From Candidatus Methylomirabilota bacterium (GTDB lineage Bacteria; Methylomirabilota; Methylomirabilia; Rokubacteriales; CSP1-6), in contig DATFYA010000187.1 of the NCBI GenBank assembly GCA_035315345.1, positions 3,436-67,435 of the forward strand: a DNA stretch of 64,000 nucleotides. Direction: 5' to 3'. This document shows, piece by piece, positions 1 through 10,638 of this stretch; position 1 is the stretch's first letter; every line of letters begins with the position of its first letter. The translations under genes were made by a program, and so were the position numbers. A model generated the notes under the pieces. The model did no database searches. It was given only the letters and a program-made list of their open reading frames with translations, and was not told the origin of the DNA.

Positions 1-1079
<1,079 letters not shown>

Positions 1080-1085
1080 TCCGCC

Positions 1086-1928
1086 ATGCGCGAGATCCAC
1101 GTCTCCTCCATCGTCGACGCGGTCAAGAAACTCTGCATGGAGGCGAACTATTCGCTGGAGCCCGACATGCTGCGGGCCTTCGCGGGCGCGCTCGAGAAGG
1201 AGCGCTCCCCGGCGGGCCGGCAGGTGCTGCAGATCCTCCAGCAGAACGCGGAGCTGGCGCGGACGAAGAAGATCCCGTACTGCCAGGACACCGGCTTCGT
1301 GGTCTGCTTCGTCGAGCTGGGGCAGGACGTGCACGTGACCGGTGGCGGCCTCTACGAGGCGATCAACGATGGGGTGCGGCAGGGGTACCAGGAAGGATAC
1401 CTGCGCGCGTCGATCGTCCGCTCGCCCTTCGACCGGGTGAACACCGGCGACAACACGCCCGCGGTGATCCACCTGGACGTGGTGGCCGGGTCGGAGCTCA
1501 AGATCTCGATCATGGCCAAGGGGGGCGGCTGCGAGAACCGCTCGAAGTACAAGATGCTCACTCCCGCCGAGGGCGTGGAGGGCGTCAAGGAGTGGATCCT
1601 CGAGTGCATCCGCACCGCCGGTCCCGACGCCTGCCCGCCGCTCATCGCGGGGGTCGGCGTCGGCGGCACCTTCGAGCAGGCGGCACGGCTCAGCAAGAAG
1701 GCGCTCTTCCGCGAGCTGGGCGCGTCCCACCCGGATCCGGCGGTGGCCGCGATCGAACGCGAGGTCCTGGACCGCGCCAACCGACTCGGCATCGGCCCGC
1801 AGGGCTACGGCGGCGACACCACCGCGTTCGGCATCCACATCCTCACGTACCCGTGTCACATCACCAGCCTCCCGGTCGCGGTGACCATCGAGTGCCACGC
1901 GCACCGGCACAAGGAGGCGGTGCTGTGA
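1086..1928 (+). CDS. fumA: class I (Fe-S) fumarate hydratase, alpha subunit (FumA/TtdA N-terminal catalytic domain)
   Basis: 280 aa. Motifs are typical of the Fe-S hydro-lyase tartrate/fumarate alpha type (KIPYCQDTG, GGGCEN). It sits inside the TCA operon. Confidence 0.82.
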   Translation: MREIHVSSIVDAVKKLCMEANYSLEPDMLRAFAGALEKERSPAGRQVLQILQQNAELARTKKIPYCQDTGFVVCFVELGQDVHVTGGGLYEAINDGVRQGYQEGYLRASIVRSPFDRVNTGDNTPAVIHLDVVAGSELKISIMAKGGGCENRSKYKMLTPAEGVEGVKEWILECIRTAGPDACPPLIAGVGVGGTFEQAARLSKKALFRELGASHPDPAVAAIEREVLDRANRLGIGPQGYGGDTTAFGIHILTYPCHITSLPVAVTIECHAHRHKEAVL

Positions 1929-2506
1929 TCACGACCGGGACCGACGGGATCAAGGAGGTGACGCCGCCGCTCAGCGACGAGGACGTCGCCTCGCTGAAGG
2001 CGGGCGACCGCGTGCGGATCACCGGCGTGATGTACACCGCCCGCGACGCGGCCCACGCGCGCTTGCTGCCGCTGATGGAGGCGGGGACGCCGCTGCCCAT
2101 CGACGTGCGCGGCCAGATCATCTACTACACGGGCCCCTCGCCGGCGCGCCCGGGCCACGTGGTCGGCTCCATCGGCCCGACCACCGGCGGGCGCATGGAC
2201 AAATTCACCCCGAAGCTGCTGAGCCTGGGCCTCAAGGGCACCTTGGGCAAGGGCGCCCGCTCGCAGCCGGTGAAGGACGCGCTTCGCCAGCACAAGGCGG
2301 TCTACTTCGGGGCGATCGGGGGCGCGGGCGCGGTGCTCTCCGCCTTCGTGAAGAAGCTCGAGGTGGTGGCCTACGAGGACCTCGGCACCGAGGCGATCCG
2401 CCGGCTCGAGGTCGCGGGATTTCCCGCCATCGTGGTCAACGACTGCCACGGCGGCGATCTCTACCAGGATGGCATGAAGGCTTACGCGAGGGAGGAGCGG
2501 TCATGA
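1925..2506 (+). CDS. fumB: class I fumarate hydratase, beta subunit (FumB/TtdB C-terminal domain)
   Basis: The GTG at 1925 overlaps the fumA stop (GTGA). The 193-aa product (VITTGTDGIKEVTPPLSDEDVASLKAGDRVRITGVMYTARDAAHARL...) matches beta-subunit signatures. The upstream part of ORF 1592..2506 is compositional read-through. Confidence 0.78.
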   Translation: MITTGTDGIKEVTPPLSDEDVASLKAGDRVRITGVMYTARDAAHARLLPLMEAGTPLPIDVRGQIIYYTGPSPARPGHVVGSIGPTTGGRMDKFTPKLLSLGLKGTLGKGARSQPVKDALRQHKAVYFGAIGGAGAVLSAFVKKLEVVAYEDLGTEAIRRLEVAGFPAIVVNDCHGGDLYQDGMKAYAREERS

Positions 2507-3324
2507 ACGGGGCAACCGCGCAGAGGCAGGGCGGACGCATCCTCGGGGAGGCGCGCGCGCCGATCGCGGCCGCGACGCTGCGCCGGGATTCGTGGTGGGC
2601 GCTGCCGGTGACGGTGGTGGTGGTGCTGCTGGCCTTCATCATCTACTCGACGTGGGCCGCGTTCCAGAACGCGCACTACTTCGCGGACCCGTACCTGTCG
2701 CCCTTCTATTCCCCGTGCATCACCAAGGCCTGCCTGCATCACAGCTTCGGCTCGTGGACCGTGCCGGACGTGTCGCTGCCGATCGTCGGCGTGCTGTCGC
2801 CCGCGTTCCTGATCCTGGCCGGCCCGGGCCTCTTCCGGCTGAGCTGCTACTACTACCGCAAGGCCTACTACCGCTCGTTCTGGCTGGCTCCGCCCGCGTG
2901 CGCGGTGCGGGACACCAAGGCCGGCTACACCGGGGAGACCCGCTTCCCCCTGTTCCTGCAGAACTTCCACCGCTACATCTGGTACGTCGCGGTGCTCTTC
3001 ATCGGGATGCTCACCTGGGACGCGATCCTCGCCTTCCGCTTCCCGGACGGCTTCGGCATCGGGGTCGGCACCATCGTCATGTGGATCAACGTGCTGTTCC
3101 TGGCCGGGTACACCTTCTCCTGCCACTCCTGCCGCCACGTGTGCGGCGGCCACGTGGACGTCTTCTCCAAGGCCCCCGCGCGGTACGGAGTCTGGAAGTT
3201 CTTCACCCGGCTCAACGAGCGGCACCCGATGTTCGCCTGGCTCTCGCTGTTCAGCGTGGGCCTGACGGATCTCTACATCCGGCTGGTCTCGATGGGGATC
3301 ATCCGCGACTGGAGGATCATCTGA
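2503..3324 (+). CDS. succinate dehydrogenase membrane-anchor / cytochrome b-like subunit (mycobacterial Sdh1-type, about 273 aa)
   Basis: Multi-pass hydrophobic protein with conserved His/Cys residues. It sits immediately upstream of sdhA and sdhB with ATGA coupling. Gene order anchor-flavoprotein-FeS as in Rv0249c-Rv0247c (recalled, not checked). Confidence 0.65.
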   Translation: MNGATAQRQGGRILGEARAPIAAATLRRDSWWALPVTVVVVLLAFIIYSTWAAFQNAHYFADPYLSPFYSPCITKACLHHSFGSWTVPDVSLPIVGVLSPAFLILAGPGLFRLSCYYYRKAYYRSFWLAPPACAVRDTKAGYTGETRFPLFLQNFHRYIWYVAVLFIGMLTWDAILAFRFPDGFGIGVGTIVMWINVLFLAGYTFSCHSCRHVCGGHVDVFSKAPARYGVWKFFTRLNERHPMFAWLSLFSVGLTDLYIRLVSMGIIRDWRII

Positions 3325-5126
3325 TGGCGACCGTCGAATACGAGACCCACGAGCACGACGTCCTGGTCATCGGCGCGGGCGGCGCCGGGCTGCGGGCGGC
3401 CATCGAGGCGGCGGCCCAGGGCGTGTCGGTCGGGCTGGTCTGCAAGTCGCTCCTCGGCAAGGCCCACACCGTCATGGCCGAGGGCGGGATCGCCGCCGCG
3501 ATGGGCAACGTGTGGCCGGAGGACAACTGGCAGGTCCACTTCCGCGACACCATGCGCGGCGGCAAGATGCTGAACAACTGGCGCATGGCCCAGCTTCACG
3601 CCCAGGAGAGCCCGGAGCGCGTGCTGGAGCTCGAGCGCTACGGCGCGCTCTTCGACCGGACCAAGGACGGGCTCATCTCGCAGCGCGACTTCGGCGGCCA
3701 CCGCTACGCGCGGCTGGCCCACGTGGGCGACCGCACCGGGCTCGAGATGATCCGCACGCTCCAGTACCACGCGATCCACCAGGCCATCGAGGTGTACATG
3801 GAGTGCAAGATCGAGCGCCTGCTCAAGGACGGCGACCGGGTGTGCGGGGCCTTCGGCTACTGGCGCAACACCGGCAAGTTCGTCCTCTTCAAGGCCAAGG
3901 CCATCGTGCTGGCCACCGGCGGCATCGGCAAGGCGTGGAAGTACACCTCGAACTCCTGGGAGTACAGCGGCGACGGCCACTCGCTCGCCTTCTGGGCGGG
4001 CGCGGACCTCATCGACATGGAGTTCGTGCAGTTCCACCCGACCGGGATGGTGTGGCCCCCCTCGGTGCGCGGCATCCTGGTGACCGAGGGCGTGCGCGGC
4101 GACGGCGGGACGCTGAAGAACACCGCGGGCGAGCGGTTCATGTTCAACTACATCCCCGAGTTCTTCAAGGCCGAGACCGCGGACAGCCAGGAGGAGGCCG
4201 ACCGCTGGTACCAGGACAAGAAGAACAACCGGCGGACCCCGGATCTCCTGCCGCGCGACGAGGTGGCCCGCGCCATCAATTCCGAGGTGAAGGCGGGCCG
4301 CGGGACCGTGCACGGCGGGGTGTTCCTCGACATCTGCACGCGGCGCGACGCCGATTACATCCGCAAGCGCCTGCCCTCGATGTACCACCAGTTCAAGGAG
4401 CTGGCCGGCGTCGACATCACCAAGGAGCCGATGGAGGTGGGGCCCACCATGCACTACGTCATGGGCGGGGTGCGGGTGGACGCCGACTCCACCGCGGCCA
4501 CCGTGCCCGGCCTCTTCGCGGCCGGCGAGGTGGCGGGCGGGCTCCACGGCAGCAACCGCCTCGGCGGCAACTCCCTCGGCGACCTGCTCGTGTTCGGGCG
4601 CCGGGCCGGGCTGCACGCCGCGCTCTACTGCAAGAACCTGGGCGGTCGGCTCACGGTGGACGGCGGTCAGGTGGAGTCCATCGCGCGCACCCTGCTCGAG
4701 CCCTTCACCCGCTCGGGCAGCGAGAATCCGTACACCATCCAGGCCGACCTGCAGGACACCATGCACAACCTGGTCGGCATCATCCGGGTCGAGGCCGAGC
4801 TCCAACAGGCGCTCGAGAAGCTCGCGGTGCTCAAGCAGCGCGCGGCCCGGGTGCACGTCGACGGCGGCCGCGTCTACAACCCGGGCTGGCACGTGGCGCT
4901 GGACCTGGCCTCGCTCCTGACCGTGTCGGAATGCTGCGCGCTCGCCGCGCTGGAGCGCAAGGAGAGCCGGGGCGGCCACACCCGCGAGGACCACCCGTAC
5001 ACCGACGACACCTGGGGGGCGGTCAATCTGGTCTCCCGGCAGCAGGGCGACCGGATCGATCTGCGGCGCGAGCCGCTGCCCCAGATGCCTCCCGAGCTGA
5101 AGGCCCTCGTCCAGGAGAGGCAGTGA
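3324..5126 (+). CDS. sdhA: succinate dehydrogenase / fumarate reductase flavoprotein subunit
   Basis: MATVEYETHEHDVLVIGAGGAGLRAAIEAA... with an FAD-binding GxGxxG and the covalent-FAD histidine motif (FHPTG). About 600 aa. The start overlaps the upstream stop (ATGA). Confidence 0.9.
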   Translation: MATVEYETHEHDVLVIGAGGAGLRAAIEAAAQGVSVGLVCKSLLGKAHTVMAEGGIAAAMGNVWPEDNWQVHFRDTMRGGKMLNNWRMAQLHAQESPERVLELERYGALFDRTKDGLISQRDFGGHRYARLAHVGDRTGLEMIRTLQYHAIHQAIEVYMECKIERLLKDGDRVCGAFGYWRNTGKFVLFKAKAIVLATGGIGKAWKYTSNSWEYSGDGHSLAFWAGADLIDMEFVQFHPTGMVWPPSVRGILVTEGVRGDGGTLKNTAGERFMFNYIPEFFKAETADSQEEADRWYQDKKNNRRTPDLLPRDEVARAINSEVKAGRGTVHGGVFLDICTRRDADYIRKRLPSMYHQFKELAGVDITKEPMEVGPTMHYVMGGVRVDADSTAATVPGLFAAGEVAGGLHGSNRLGGNSLGDLLVFGRRAGLHAALYCKNLGGRLTVDGGQVESIARTLLEPFTRSGSENPYTIQADLQDTMHNLVGIIRVEAELQQALEKLAVLKQRAARVHVDGGRVYNPGWHVALDLASLLTVSECCALAALERKESRGGHTREDHPYTDDTWGAVNLVSRQQGDRIDLRREPLPQMPPELKALVQERQ

Positions 5127-5884
5127 TGGCAAAGACCTTCACGATGCGGGTGTTCCGCGGCGACGCCGCCGGCGGCGACTTCAAGGAGTACACCGTCGAG
5201 GGTGGCGAGGGGATGGTGGTGCTGGACGTGGTCCACCGGATCCAGGCCACCCACGCCCCCGACCTGGCGTGCCGGTGGAACTGCAAGGCGGGCAAGTGCG
5301 GCTCGTGCAGCGCGGAGATCAACGGCAAGCCGCGGCTGATGTGCATGACCCGCATGGACATCTTCGAGGAGAACGAGGTCGTGTCGGTCGCGCCGATGCG
5401 GACGTTCCCGATCATCCGCGACCTGGTGACCGACGTCTCCTACAACTACGAGAAGGCCAAGCAGGTGCCGCCGCTGCGCCTGAAGCCCGCGGATCCGGAC
5501 GGCCGCTACCGGATGATGCAGGAGGACGTGGAGCGCGGCCAGGAATTCCACAAGTGCATCGAGTGCTTCCTGTGCCAGAACGTCTGCCACGTTATCCGCG
5601 ACCACGAAGGCCTCAAGAAGTCCTTCTCGGGCCCGCGTTTCTTCATCAAGATCGCCGGGCTCGAGATGCATCCGATGGACACCCGCGACCGGACCGACTT
5701 CGTGCGCGAGCAGGCCGGGGTCGGGTTCTGCAACATCACCAAGTGCTGCACCGAGGTCTGCCCGGAGCACATCCACATCACCGACAACGGCATCATCCCG
5801 ATGAAGGAGCGGATGGCCGACAACTTCGACCCGGTGGTGTGGGTGCTGCGGAAGATCAGGGGCTCCAAGAAAGCCGCGCCCTGA
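5126..5884 (+). CDS. sdhB: succinate dehydrogenase iron-sulfur subunit
   Basis: MAKTFTMRVFRGD... with 2Fe-2S (CRWNCKAGKCGSCS) and 4Fe-4S/3Fe-4S cysteine clusters (CIECFLCQNVC, CNITKCCTEVCP). ATGA overlap with sdhA. Confidence 0.9.
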   Translation: MAKTFTMRVFRGDAAGGDFKEYTVEGGEGMVVLDVVHRIQATHAPDLACRWNCKAGKCGSCSAEINGKPRLMCMTRMDIFEENEVVSVAPMRTFPIIRDLVTDVSYNYEKAKQVPPLRLKPADPDGRYRMMQEDVERGQEFHKCIECFLCQNVCHVIRDHEGLKKSFSGPRFFIKIAGLEMHPMDTRDRTDFVREQAGVGFCNITKCCTEVCPEHIHITDNGIIPMKERMADNFDPVVWVLRKIRGSKKAAP

Positions 5885-5888
5885 CCGC

Positions 5889-7058
5889 ATGAAGATCCAC
5901 GAGTACCAGGGCAAGGCCATCCTCAAGGCCTACGGCGTCGCCGTGCCCGCCGGCGACGTGGCGGACACCCCCGCGCAGGCGCGCGCCATCGCGCAGCGGC
6001 TCAATGGCCGAGTCGTCGTCAAGGCGCAGGTGCACGCGGGCGGCCGCGGCAAGGCGGGCGGCGTGAAGCTGGCCGACGATCCGGCGGGCGCCGAGGCGGC
6101 GGCCGGGCAGATCCTCGGCATGATGCTGAAGACGCCGCAGACCCCGCCCGAGGGCATCAAGGTGCTGAAAGTCCTCGTCGAGGAGGCCTCCCCGATCGCC
6201 AGCGAGCTCTATCTCTCGATGACGCTCGACCGAGGCAAGGGCACCCACGTGGTGATGGCCTCGCGGGCCGGCGGCATGGACATCGAGGAGGTCGCGGCCA
6301 CCCATCCGGAGAAGATCCTCCGCGAGTGGACCGACCCGGCGCTGGGCCTGCAGGCCTTCCAGGCGCGCAGCCTCGCCTTCGGGCTCGGCCTCTCCGGCGA
6401 CCCCCACAAGCAGGGCGTGGCCTTGATCGCCAACCTCTTCCGCGCCTACCTCGACAAGGATTGCTCGCTGGCGGAGATCAATCCCCTCGTGGTCACCCGC
6501 GACGGCCGGGTGATGGCGCTCGACGCCAAGCTCAACTTCGACGACAACGCGCTCTACCGCCACAAGGACGTGGTGGCCATGCGCGACGTCAACGAGGAGA
6601 CGCCGCTGGACGTCGAGGCCTCGAAGTACAGCCTCAACTACATCAAGCTGGACGGCAACGTCGGCTGCATGGTGAACGGGGCGGGGCTGGCCATGGCCAC
6701 GATGGACATCATCAAGCTGGCCGGCGGTGAGCCCGCGAACTTCCTCGACGTGGGCGGCGGCGCCTCCCCCGAGCAGATCGAGAACGCCTTCCGTATCCTG
6801 TCGTCGGACCCGAGCGTGAAGGCGGTCTTCATCAACGTCTTCGGAGGCATTCTTCGAGTGGACCGGCTCGCCGAGGGGATCATCGCCGCGGTGAAGACGC
6901 TCGGCCTCAAGCTGCCGGTGGTCCTGCGCGCCGAGGGCACCAACGTCGAGCAGGGCAAGAAGATGCTCGCCGAGTCCGGCCTCGCGCTGGTCATGGCCAA
7001 CGACATGGGCGAGGGCGCGAAGAAAGTCGTCGAGCTGGCCCGGAGCTCGCGCCCGTGA
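5889..7058 (+). CDS. sucC: succinyl-CoA synthetase (ADP-forming) beta subunit
   Basis: [20 protein letters not shown]... with an ATP-grasp N-terminus. 389 aa. Confidence 0.92.
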   Translation: MKIHEYQGKAILKAYGVAVPAGDVADTPAQARAIAQRLNGRVVVKAQVHAGGRGKAGGVKLADDPAGAEAAAGQILGMMLKTPQTPPEGIKVLKVLVEEASPIASELYLSMTLDRGKGTHVVMASRAGGMDIEEVAATHPEKILREWTDPALGLQAFQARSLAFGLGLSGDPHKQGVALIANLFRAYLDKDCSLAEINPLVVTRDGRVMALDAKLNFDDNALYRHKDVVAMRDVNEETPLDVEASKYSLNYIKLDGNVGCMVNGAGLAMATMDIIKLAGGEPANFLDVGGGASPEQIENAFRILSSDPSVKAVFINVFGGILRVDRLAEGIIAAVKTLGLKLPVVLRAEGTNVEQGKKMLAESGLALVMANDMGEGAKKVVELARSSRP

Positions 7059-7933
7059 GCATTCTGGTCAGTCGCGCGACGCGCGTCCTGGTGCAGGGAA
7101 TCACCGGCAAGGAGGGCGCCTTCCACGCGGCCCGCTGCAAGGAGTACGGCACGCAGGTGGTGGGCGGGGTGACGCCGGGCAAGGGCGGCACCATCCACGA
7201 GGGCTTCCCGGTCTGGAACACGGTGGAGGAGGCGGTGCAGGCGACCGGCGCCGATTGCGCGCTGATCTTCGTGCCCCCGCCGGCAGCCGCAGACGCCATC
7301 ATGGAAGCGGCGGACGCGGGGATCCCGTTGGTCGTCTGCATCACCGAGGGGGTGCCGGTGGCGGACATGGTGCGGGTGAAGGCCTTCCTCGCGCGCACCG
7401 CGAGCCGGCTCATCGGCCCGAACTGCCCGGGCCTGATCACGCCGGGCCAGGCCAAGATCGGCATCATGCCCGGCCACATCCACAAGGTGGGCCACGTGGG
7501 GGTGGTCTCGCGCAGCGGCACGCTCACCTACGAGGTGGTCCATCAGCTCACCCAGCGCGGGCTCGGGCAGTCGTCGTGCGTGGGCATCGGCGGCGATCCG
7601 GTCACCGGCACCACCTTCATCGACGTGCTGCGGCTCTTCCAGGCCGATCCCGAGACGACCTCGATCATGATGATCGGGGAGATCGGCGGCACCGCCGAGG
7701 AGGAGGCCGCCGCCTTCGTCAAGGCCCACGTCACCAAGCCGGTGGTCGGGTTCATCTGCGGCCAGACCGCGCCCCCCGGGCGCCGCATGGGCCACGCCGG
7801 CGCCATCATCGCCGGGGGCAAGGGCACCGCGGCCGAGAAGATGGCCGCGATGGAAGCCGCCGGCATCACCACCGTCAAGAGCCCCGCCGACATGGGCGCC
7901 ACCGTCGCCCGCGTGGTGGGCAAGAAAGGGTAG
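7055..7933 (+). CDS. sucD: succinyl-CoA synthetase alpha subunit
   Basis: GTGA overlap with sucC. CoA-binding motif ITGKEG and the phosphohistidine loop (MGHAGAII). 292 aa. Confidence 0.92.
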   Translation: MSILVSRATRVLVQGITGKEGAFHAARCKEYGTQVVGGVTPGKGGTIHEGFPVWNTVEEAVQATGADCALIFVPPPAAADAIMEAADAGIPLVVCITEGVPVADMVRVKAFLARTASRLIGPNCPGLITPGQAKIGIMPGHIHKVGHVGVVSRSGTLTYEVVHQLTQRGLGQSSCVGIGGDPVTGTTFIDVLRLFQADPETTSIMMIGEIGGTAEEEAAAFVKAHVTKPVVGFICGQTAPPGRRMGHAGAIIAGGKGTAAEKMAAMEAAGITTVKSPADMGATVARVVGKKG

Positions 7934-7945
7934 GGACTCTCCGCG

Positions 7946-8371
7946 ATGGCCGTCCAGCGCACCCTCACCATCATCAAGCCGGACGCCGTCGCCAAGGGCG
8001 TCGCGGGGCAGATCATCGCCCGGTTCGAGAAGGCGGGCCTCCGAGTGCTCGCGGCCAAGCTGATCCAGCTCACCGCCGCGCAGGCGGGCGGCTTCTACAT
8101 CGTGCACAAGGAGCGCCCGTTCTACGGCAGCCTCTGCGCGTTCATGACCCAGGGTCCGTGCATGCCGATCGTCCTCGAGGGCGACCACGCCATCGCGCGG
8201 CTGCGCGAGCTGATGGGTGCCACCGATCCGGCCAAGGCCGACGCGGGGACGATTCGCAAAGACTTCGCGTCGTCCATCGAGGCCAACGCGGTGCACGGCT
8301 CCGACTCGCCCGAGTCGGCCGCCTTCGAGATTCCCTACTTCTTCTCCGCGCTCGAGATCTTCTCGAGGTAG
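7946..8371 (+). CDS. ndk: nucleoside diphosphate kinase
   Basis: [15 protein letters not shown]... with the NDK active-site NAVHGSDS. 141 aa. Confidence 0.92.
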   Translation: MAVQRTLTIIKPDAVAKGVAGQIIARFEKAGLRVLAAKLIQLTAAQAGGFYIVHKERPFYGSLCAFMTQGPCMPIVLEGDHAIARLRELMGATDPAKADAGTIRKDFASSIEANAVHGSDSPESAAFEIPYFFSALEIFSR

Positions 8372-8381
8372 CCGCGAGGCG

Positions 8382-8906
8382 GTGCACTTTCCGGCGTCGC
8401 TCGGCCGGAGACAGCGGCTGGTCGCCGGGGTGATCGGCATCGGCCTCGGCTTCGGGCTGCCGTTCCTCCTCTCGGTCGCGATGGTCGCGGCCTCCGGCGA
8501 GCTGAGCCTGCTCATCGTGCCGCTGCCCTTCCTGGGCGCGCTCTGGGTCATCCAGGGCCTGGCGCCGATCGGTTACACCCTCGAGGCGGAGGGCATCCGC
8601 ATCGAGCGGCGCTGGGTCCGACGGCTCATCCCCTACGATGGCATCCTCGGCGGCGACCGGCGGCGGCGTCCGATCGGCGGTCTGCTGGCGACCGGCGCCA
8701 ACAACCTCTTCGGCTCGCACGGGACGCGCTGGAATCCGCGCGTCGGCTGGCACTACCTCGCCATCACCGACACCGAGCACCTGGTGTTCCTCGAGACGCG
8801 CGGCGGCCTGGTGGTGCTGTCGCCCAACGACCCGGACGAGTTCCTGAGCGCGCTGCGCGCGCGGCTCCCCGCCGGCGCTCCCGCATGGCCGACCCGATCG
8901 TCGTGA
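8382..8906 (+). CDS. membrane protein with bacterial PH domain (bPH_2/YdbS-like)
   Basis: Two N-terminal TM helices (VAGVIGIGLGFGLPFLL.., LLIVPLPFLGALWVI) followed by a roughly 100-aa soluble domain. The GTG start was chosen after the ndk stop; the upstream part of ORF 8217..8906 overlaps ndk and is Arg/Pro-rich junk. An alternative GTG lies at 8430. Confidence 0.5.
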   Translation: MHFPASLGRRQRLVAGVIGIGLGFGLPFLLSVAMVAASGELSLLIVPLPFLGALWVIQGLAPIGYTLEAEGIRIERRWVRRLIPYDGILGGDRRRRPIGGLLATGANNLFGSHGTRWNPRVGWHYLAITDTEHLVFLETRGGLVVLSPNDPDEFLSALRARLPAGAPAWPTRSS

Positions 8907-9316
8907 CCGACGCGGTGCGGGTCCCGGCCTCCGCGTTGACCGCGCGCGCGGTGCGCGCCTCGGGCCCGGGCGGACAGAACGTCAACAAGGTCGCGACGCG
9001 GATCGACCTCCGCGTGGATCTGGAGGCCATCGAGGGGCTCTCCGACGCGGCGCGGGCGCGCCTGCGCGCGCTGGCGCGCCGTCGCACCGACGCGGAGGGC
9101 CGTCTCGTCGTCACGAGCCAGGCCACGCGCACCCAGGCCCGCAACCTGGAGGATGCGCGCGCCCGGGTGGCCCACCTGATCCGCGCGGCCCTCGTCGCCC
9201 CCCGTGCGCGCGTGAAGACCGGCCCGTCCGCGGGCGCGCGACGCCGGCGGCTGGCCGGCAAGAAGCAGCGTGCAGAGGTGAAGCGCTGGCGGCGGCGTCC
9301 GGCCGCCGACGACTAG
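8885..9316 (+). CDS. arfB: alternative ribosome-rescue factor ArfB (YaeJ), peptidyl-tRNA hydrolase
   Basis: GGQ motif (GPGGQNVNK) and a basic C-terminal tail (KKQRAEVKRWRRR). 143 aa. Confidence 0.8.
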   Translation: MADPIVVTDAVRVPASALTARAVRASGPGGQNVNKVATRIDLRVDLEAIEGLSDAARARLRALARRRTDAEGRLVVTSQATRTQARNLEDARARVAHLIRAALVAPRARVKTGPSAGARRRRLAGKKQRAEVKRWRRRPAADD

Positions 9317-9717
9317 TGCACGCTGCCCGCGAGCGTCGCGCTCAGCGCGAGCATCGCGAGTACCACGAGGGCGATCAGCGCGTATCGGCGATCGCCGGTG
9401 CACCAGAAGGCGGGCAGGGCGGCGGCCACCGCGACCGCGGGCGTGACCATCAGGATCACGAGACCGAGCGCGCTCAGCGCGAGCGGATCGATCGGCCGGC
9501 TCGCGAGGCCGCCCGTCACTTGCCGGACCGAGACGAAGACGCCGGGGGGATGGCCGGCGGGCCGCCGGGTGAGGTCCAGCACGTGGTGGCGGAAGCCACC
9601 GTGCGCCGCGTAGAGCACGAGCCCAAGCAGCACCACCCCGATCCCGAGGAGCCCGCCGAACAGGAGGATCCGCGAGACCAGGTGCTCGACCGAGAACGTC
9701 GCGCGGAGTCGGCTCAC
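9313..9717 (-). CDS. DUF1634-family small membrane protein, usual partner of TauE/SafE
   Basis: This is the last 135 codons of the otherwise spurious ORF 9313..12015(-): VSRLRATFSVEHLVSRILLFGGLLGIGVVLLGLVLYAAHGG...LALSALGLVILMVTPAVAVAAALPAFW... with 3-4 TM helices. The GTG start overlaps the TauE stop (GTGA). Confidence 0.6.
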   Translation of the reverse strand: MSRLRATFSVEHLVSRILLFGGLLGIGVVLLGLVLYAAHGGFRHHVLDLTRRPAGHPPGVFVSVRQVTGGLASRPIDPLALSALGLVILMVTPAVAVAAALPAFWCTGDRRYALIALVVLAMLALSATLAGSVH

Positions 9718-10568
9718 GGGAGGTGGAGGCCGAGCCCGCGGACGATCATCGAGAGCGCCAGGTAGACCACGACGGGCAGGAACAGCTTGCGCACGGTGGT
9801 GTTGCGCAGCCGGGCCATCACGGTGGTGCCCAGGTAGGCGCCGGCGAGCACGCCGATCGCGACCGGCGCCGCGATGAGGGTATGGATGTCCCCGCGGCTC
9901 CAGTAGATGCTGGCGCTGGCCGCCGCGGTGAGCCCGATCATGAAGTTGCTGGTCGCGGTCGAGACCTTCATGGGCAGCCGCATCAGGTAATCCATCGCGA
10001 GCACCTTGAAGGCGCCGCTGCCGATGCCCAGCATGCCGGACAGCAGTCCAGCCCCGAACATCGCGCAGAAGCCCTGCACGACCCGCTGCGCGCGATAGAC
10101 CACCTCGCGCTCGAGACGCAGGTCGTGGTACGTGCCCTCGAGGTCGAAGCGCAGGGCCAGCGGATCGTCGGGCGGGCTCTCGGGCAGCTCGTCGCGCAGC
10201 TGCTTCACCGTGGTGTAGGCGGAATAGGACAGGGCGAGGCCCAGGATCAGCTCGAGGGCCCGCGTCGGCACCACGCCGGCCAGCAGCGCGCCCACGAGCG
10301 CCCCGCTGATGGTGGCCATGACCAGGAACAGCCCGATGCGGAGATTGCTCAGGCCGGTGCGCAGGTAGGAGGCGGCGGCGCCGCTCGACGTCGCGATGAC
10401 CGAGATGATGCTGGCGCCCATCGCGTAGTGCAGGTCGACGCCGTAGAACACGGTGAGGATCGGAATCAGGAGAATGCCGCCGCCGAGCCCGAGGATGGCG
10501 CCCACCGCGCCGGCGCCGATCGACGTGAAGAGCACGGCGAGCGAGAAGACGGTCAGACTCATGACCAA
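9714..10568 (-). CDS. sulfite/organosulfonate exporter TauE/SafE family permease (DUF81)
   Basis: 284 aa, polytopic, Gly/Ala/Leu-rich with duplicated 4-TM halves (GAGAVGAILGLGGGILLIP... and GAGLLSGMLGIGSGAF...). Confidence 0.8.
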   Translation of the reverse strand: MVMSLTVFSLAVLFTSIGAGAVGAILGLGGGILLIPILTVFYGVDLHYAMGASIISVIATSSGAAASYLRTGLSNLRIGLFLVMATISGALVGALLAGVVPTRALELILGLALSYSAYTTVKQLRDELPESPPDDPLALRFDLEGTYHDLRLEREVVYRAQRVVQGFCAMFGAGLLSGMLGIGSGAFKVLAMDYLMRLPMKVSTATSNFMIGLTAAASASIYWSRGDIHTLIAAPVAIGVLAGAYLGTTVMARLRNTTVRKLFLPVVVYLALSMIVRGLGLHLP

Positions 10569-10599
10569 ACCATGGTAGACCGCGTTGACGCGCGGCGCT

Positions 10600-10638
10600 A
10601 TCGAATGGTCGCCCGTGCTTTCCTGCTAGAATCGCCGC
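10600..10638 (+). promoter_or_regulatory. candidate -10 element TAGAAT (10626-10631) 7 nt upstream of the ligase ATG; possible leaderless transcript
   Basis: TAGAAT lies immediately upstream of ATG 10639 with no Shine-Dalgarno. The -35 is poor (GAATGG). Confidence 0.2.

Noticed and set aside
2592-5126. N-terminal extensions of fused ORFs (e.g. 2592..5126, 3512..5884, 11817..13787, 13091..14857, 20864..22567, 30968..33067, 46015..47679, 49540..51693)
   Set aside because: The upstream portions overlap other well-supported genes in a different frame and are Arg/Pro/Gly-rich. Real starts were placed at internal ATG/GTG codons that give canonical N-termini and ATGA/GTGA coupling.
3273-5132. 619-aa minus-strand ORF antisense to sdhA
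   Set aside because: Compositional artefact. sdhA on the plus strand has unambiguous FAD and covalent-His motifs.
6638-8551. 637-aa minus-strand ORF antisense to sucC, sucD and ndk
   Set aside because: Antisense artefact.
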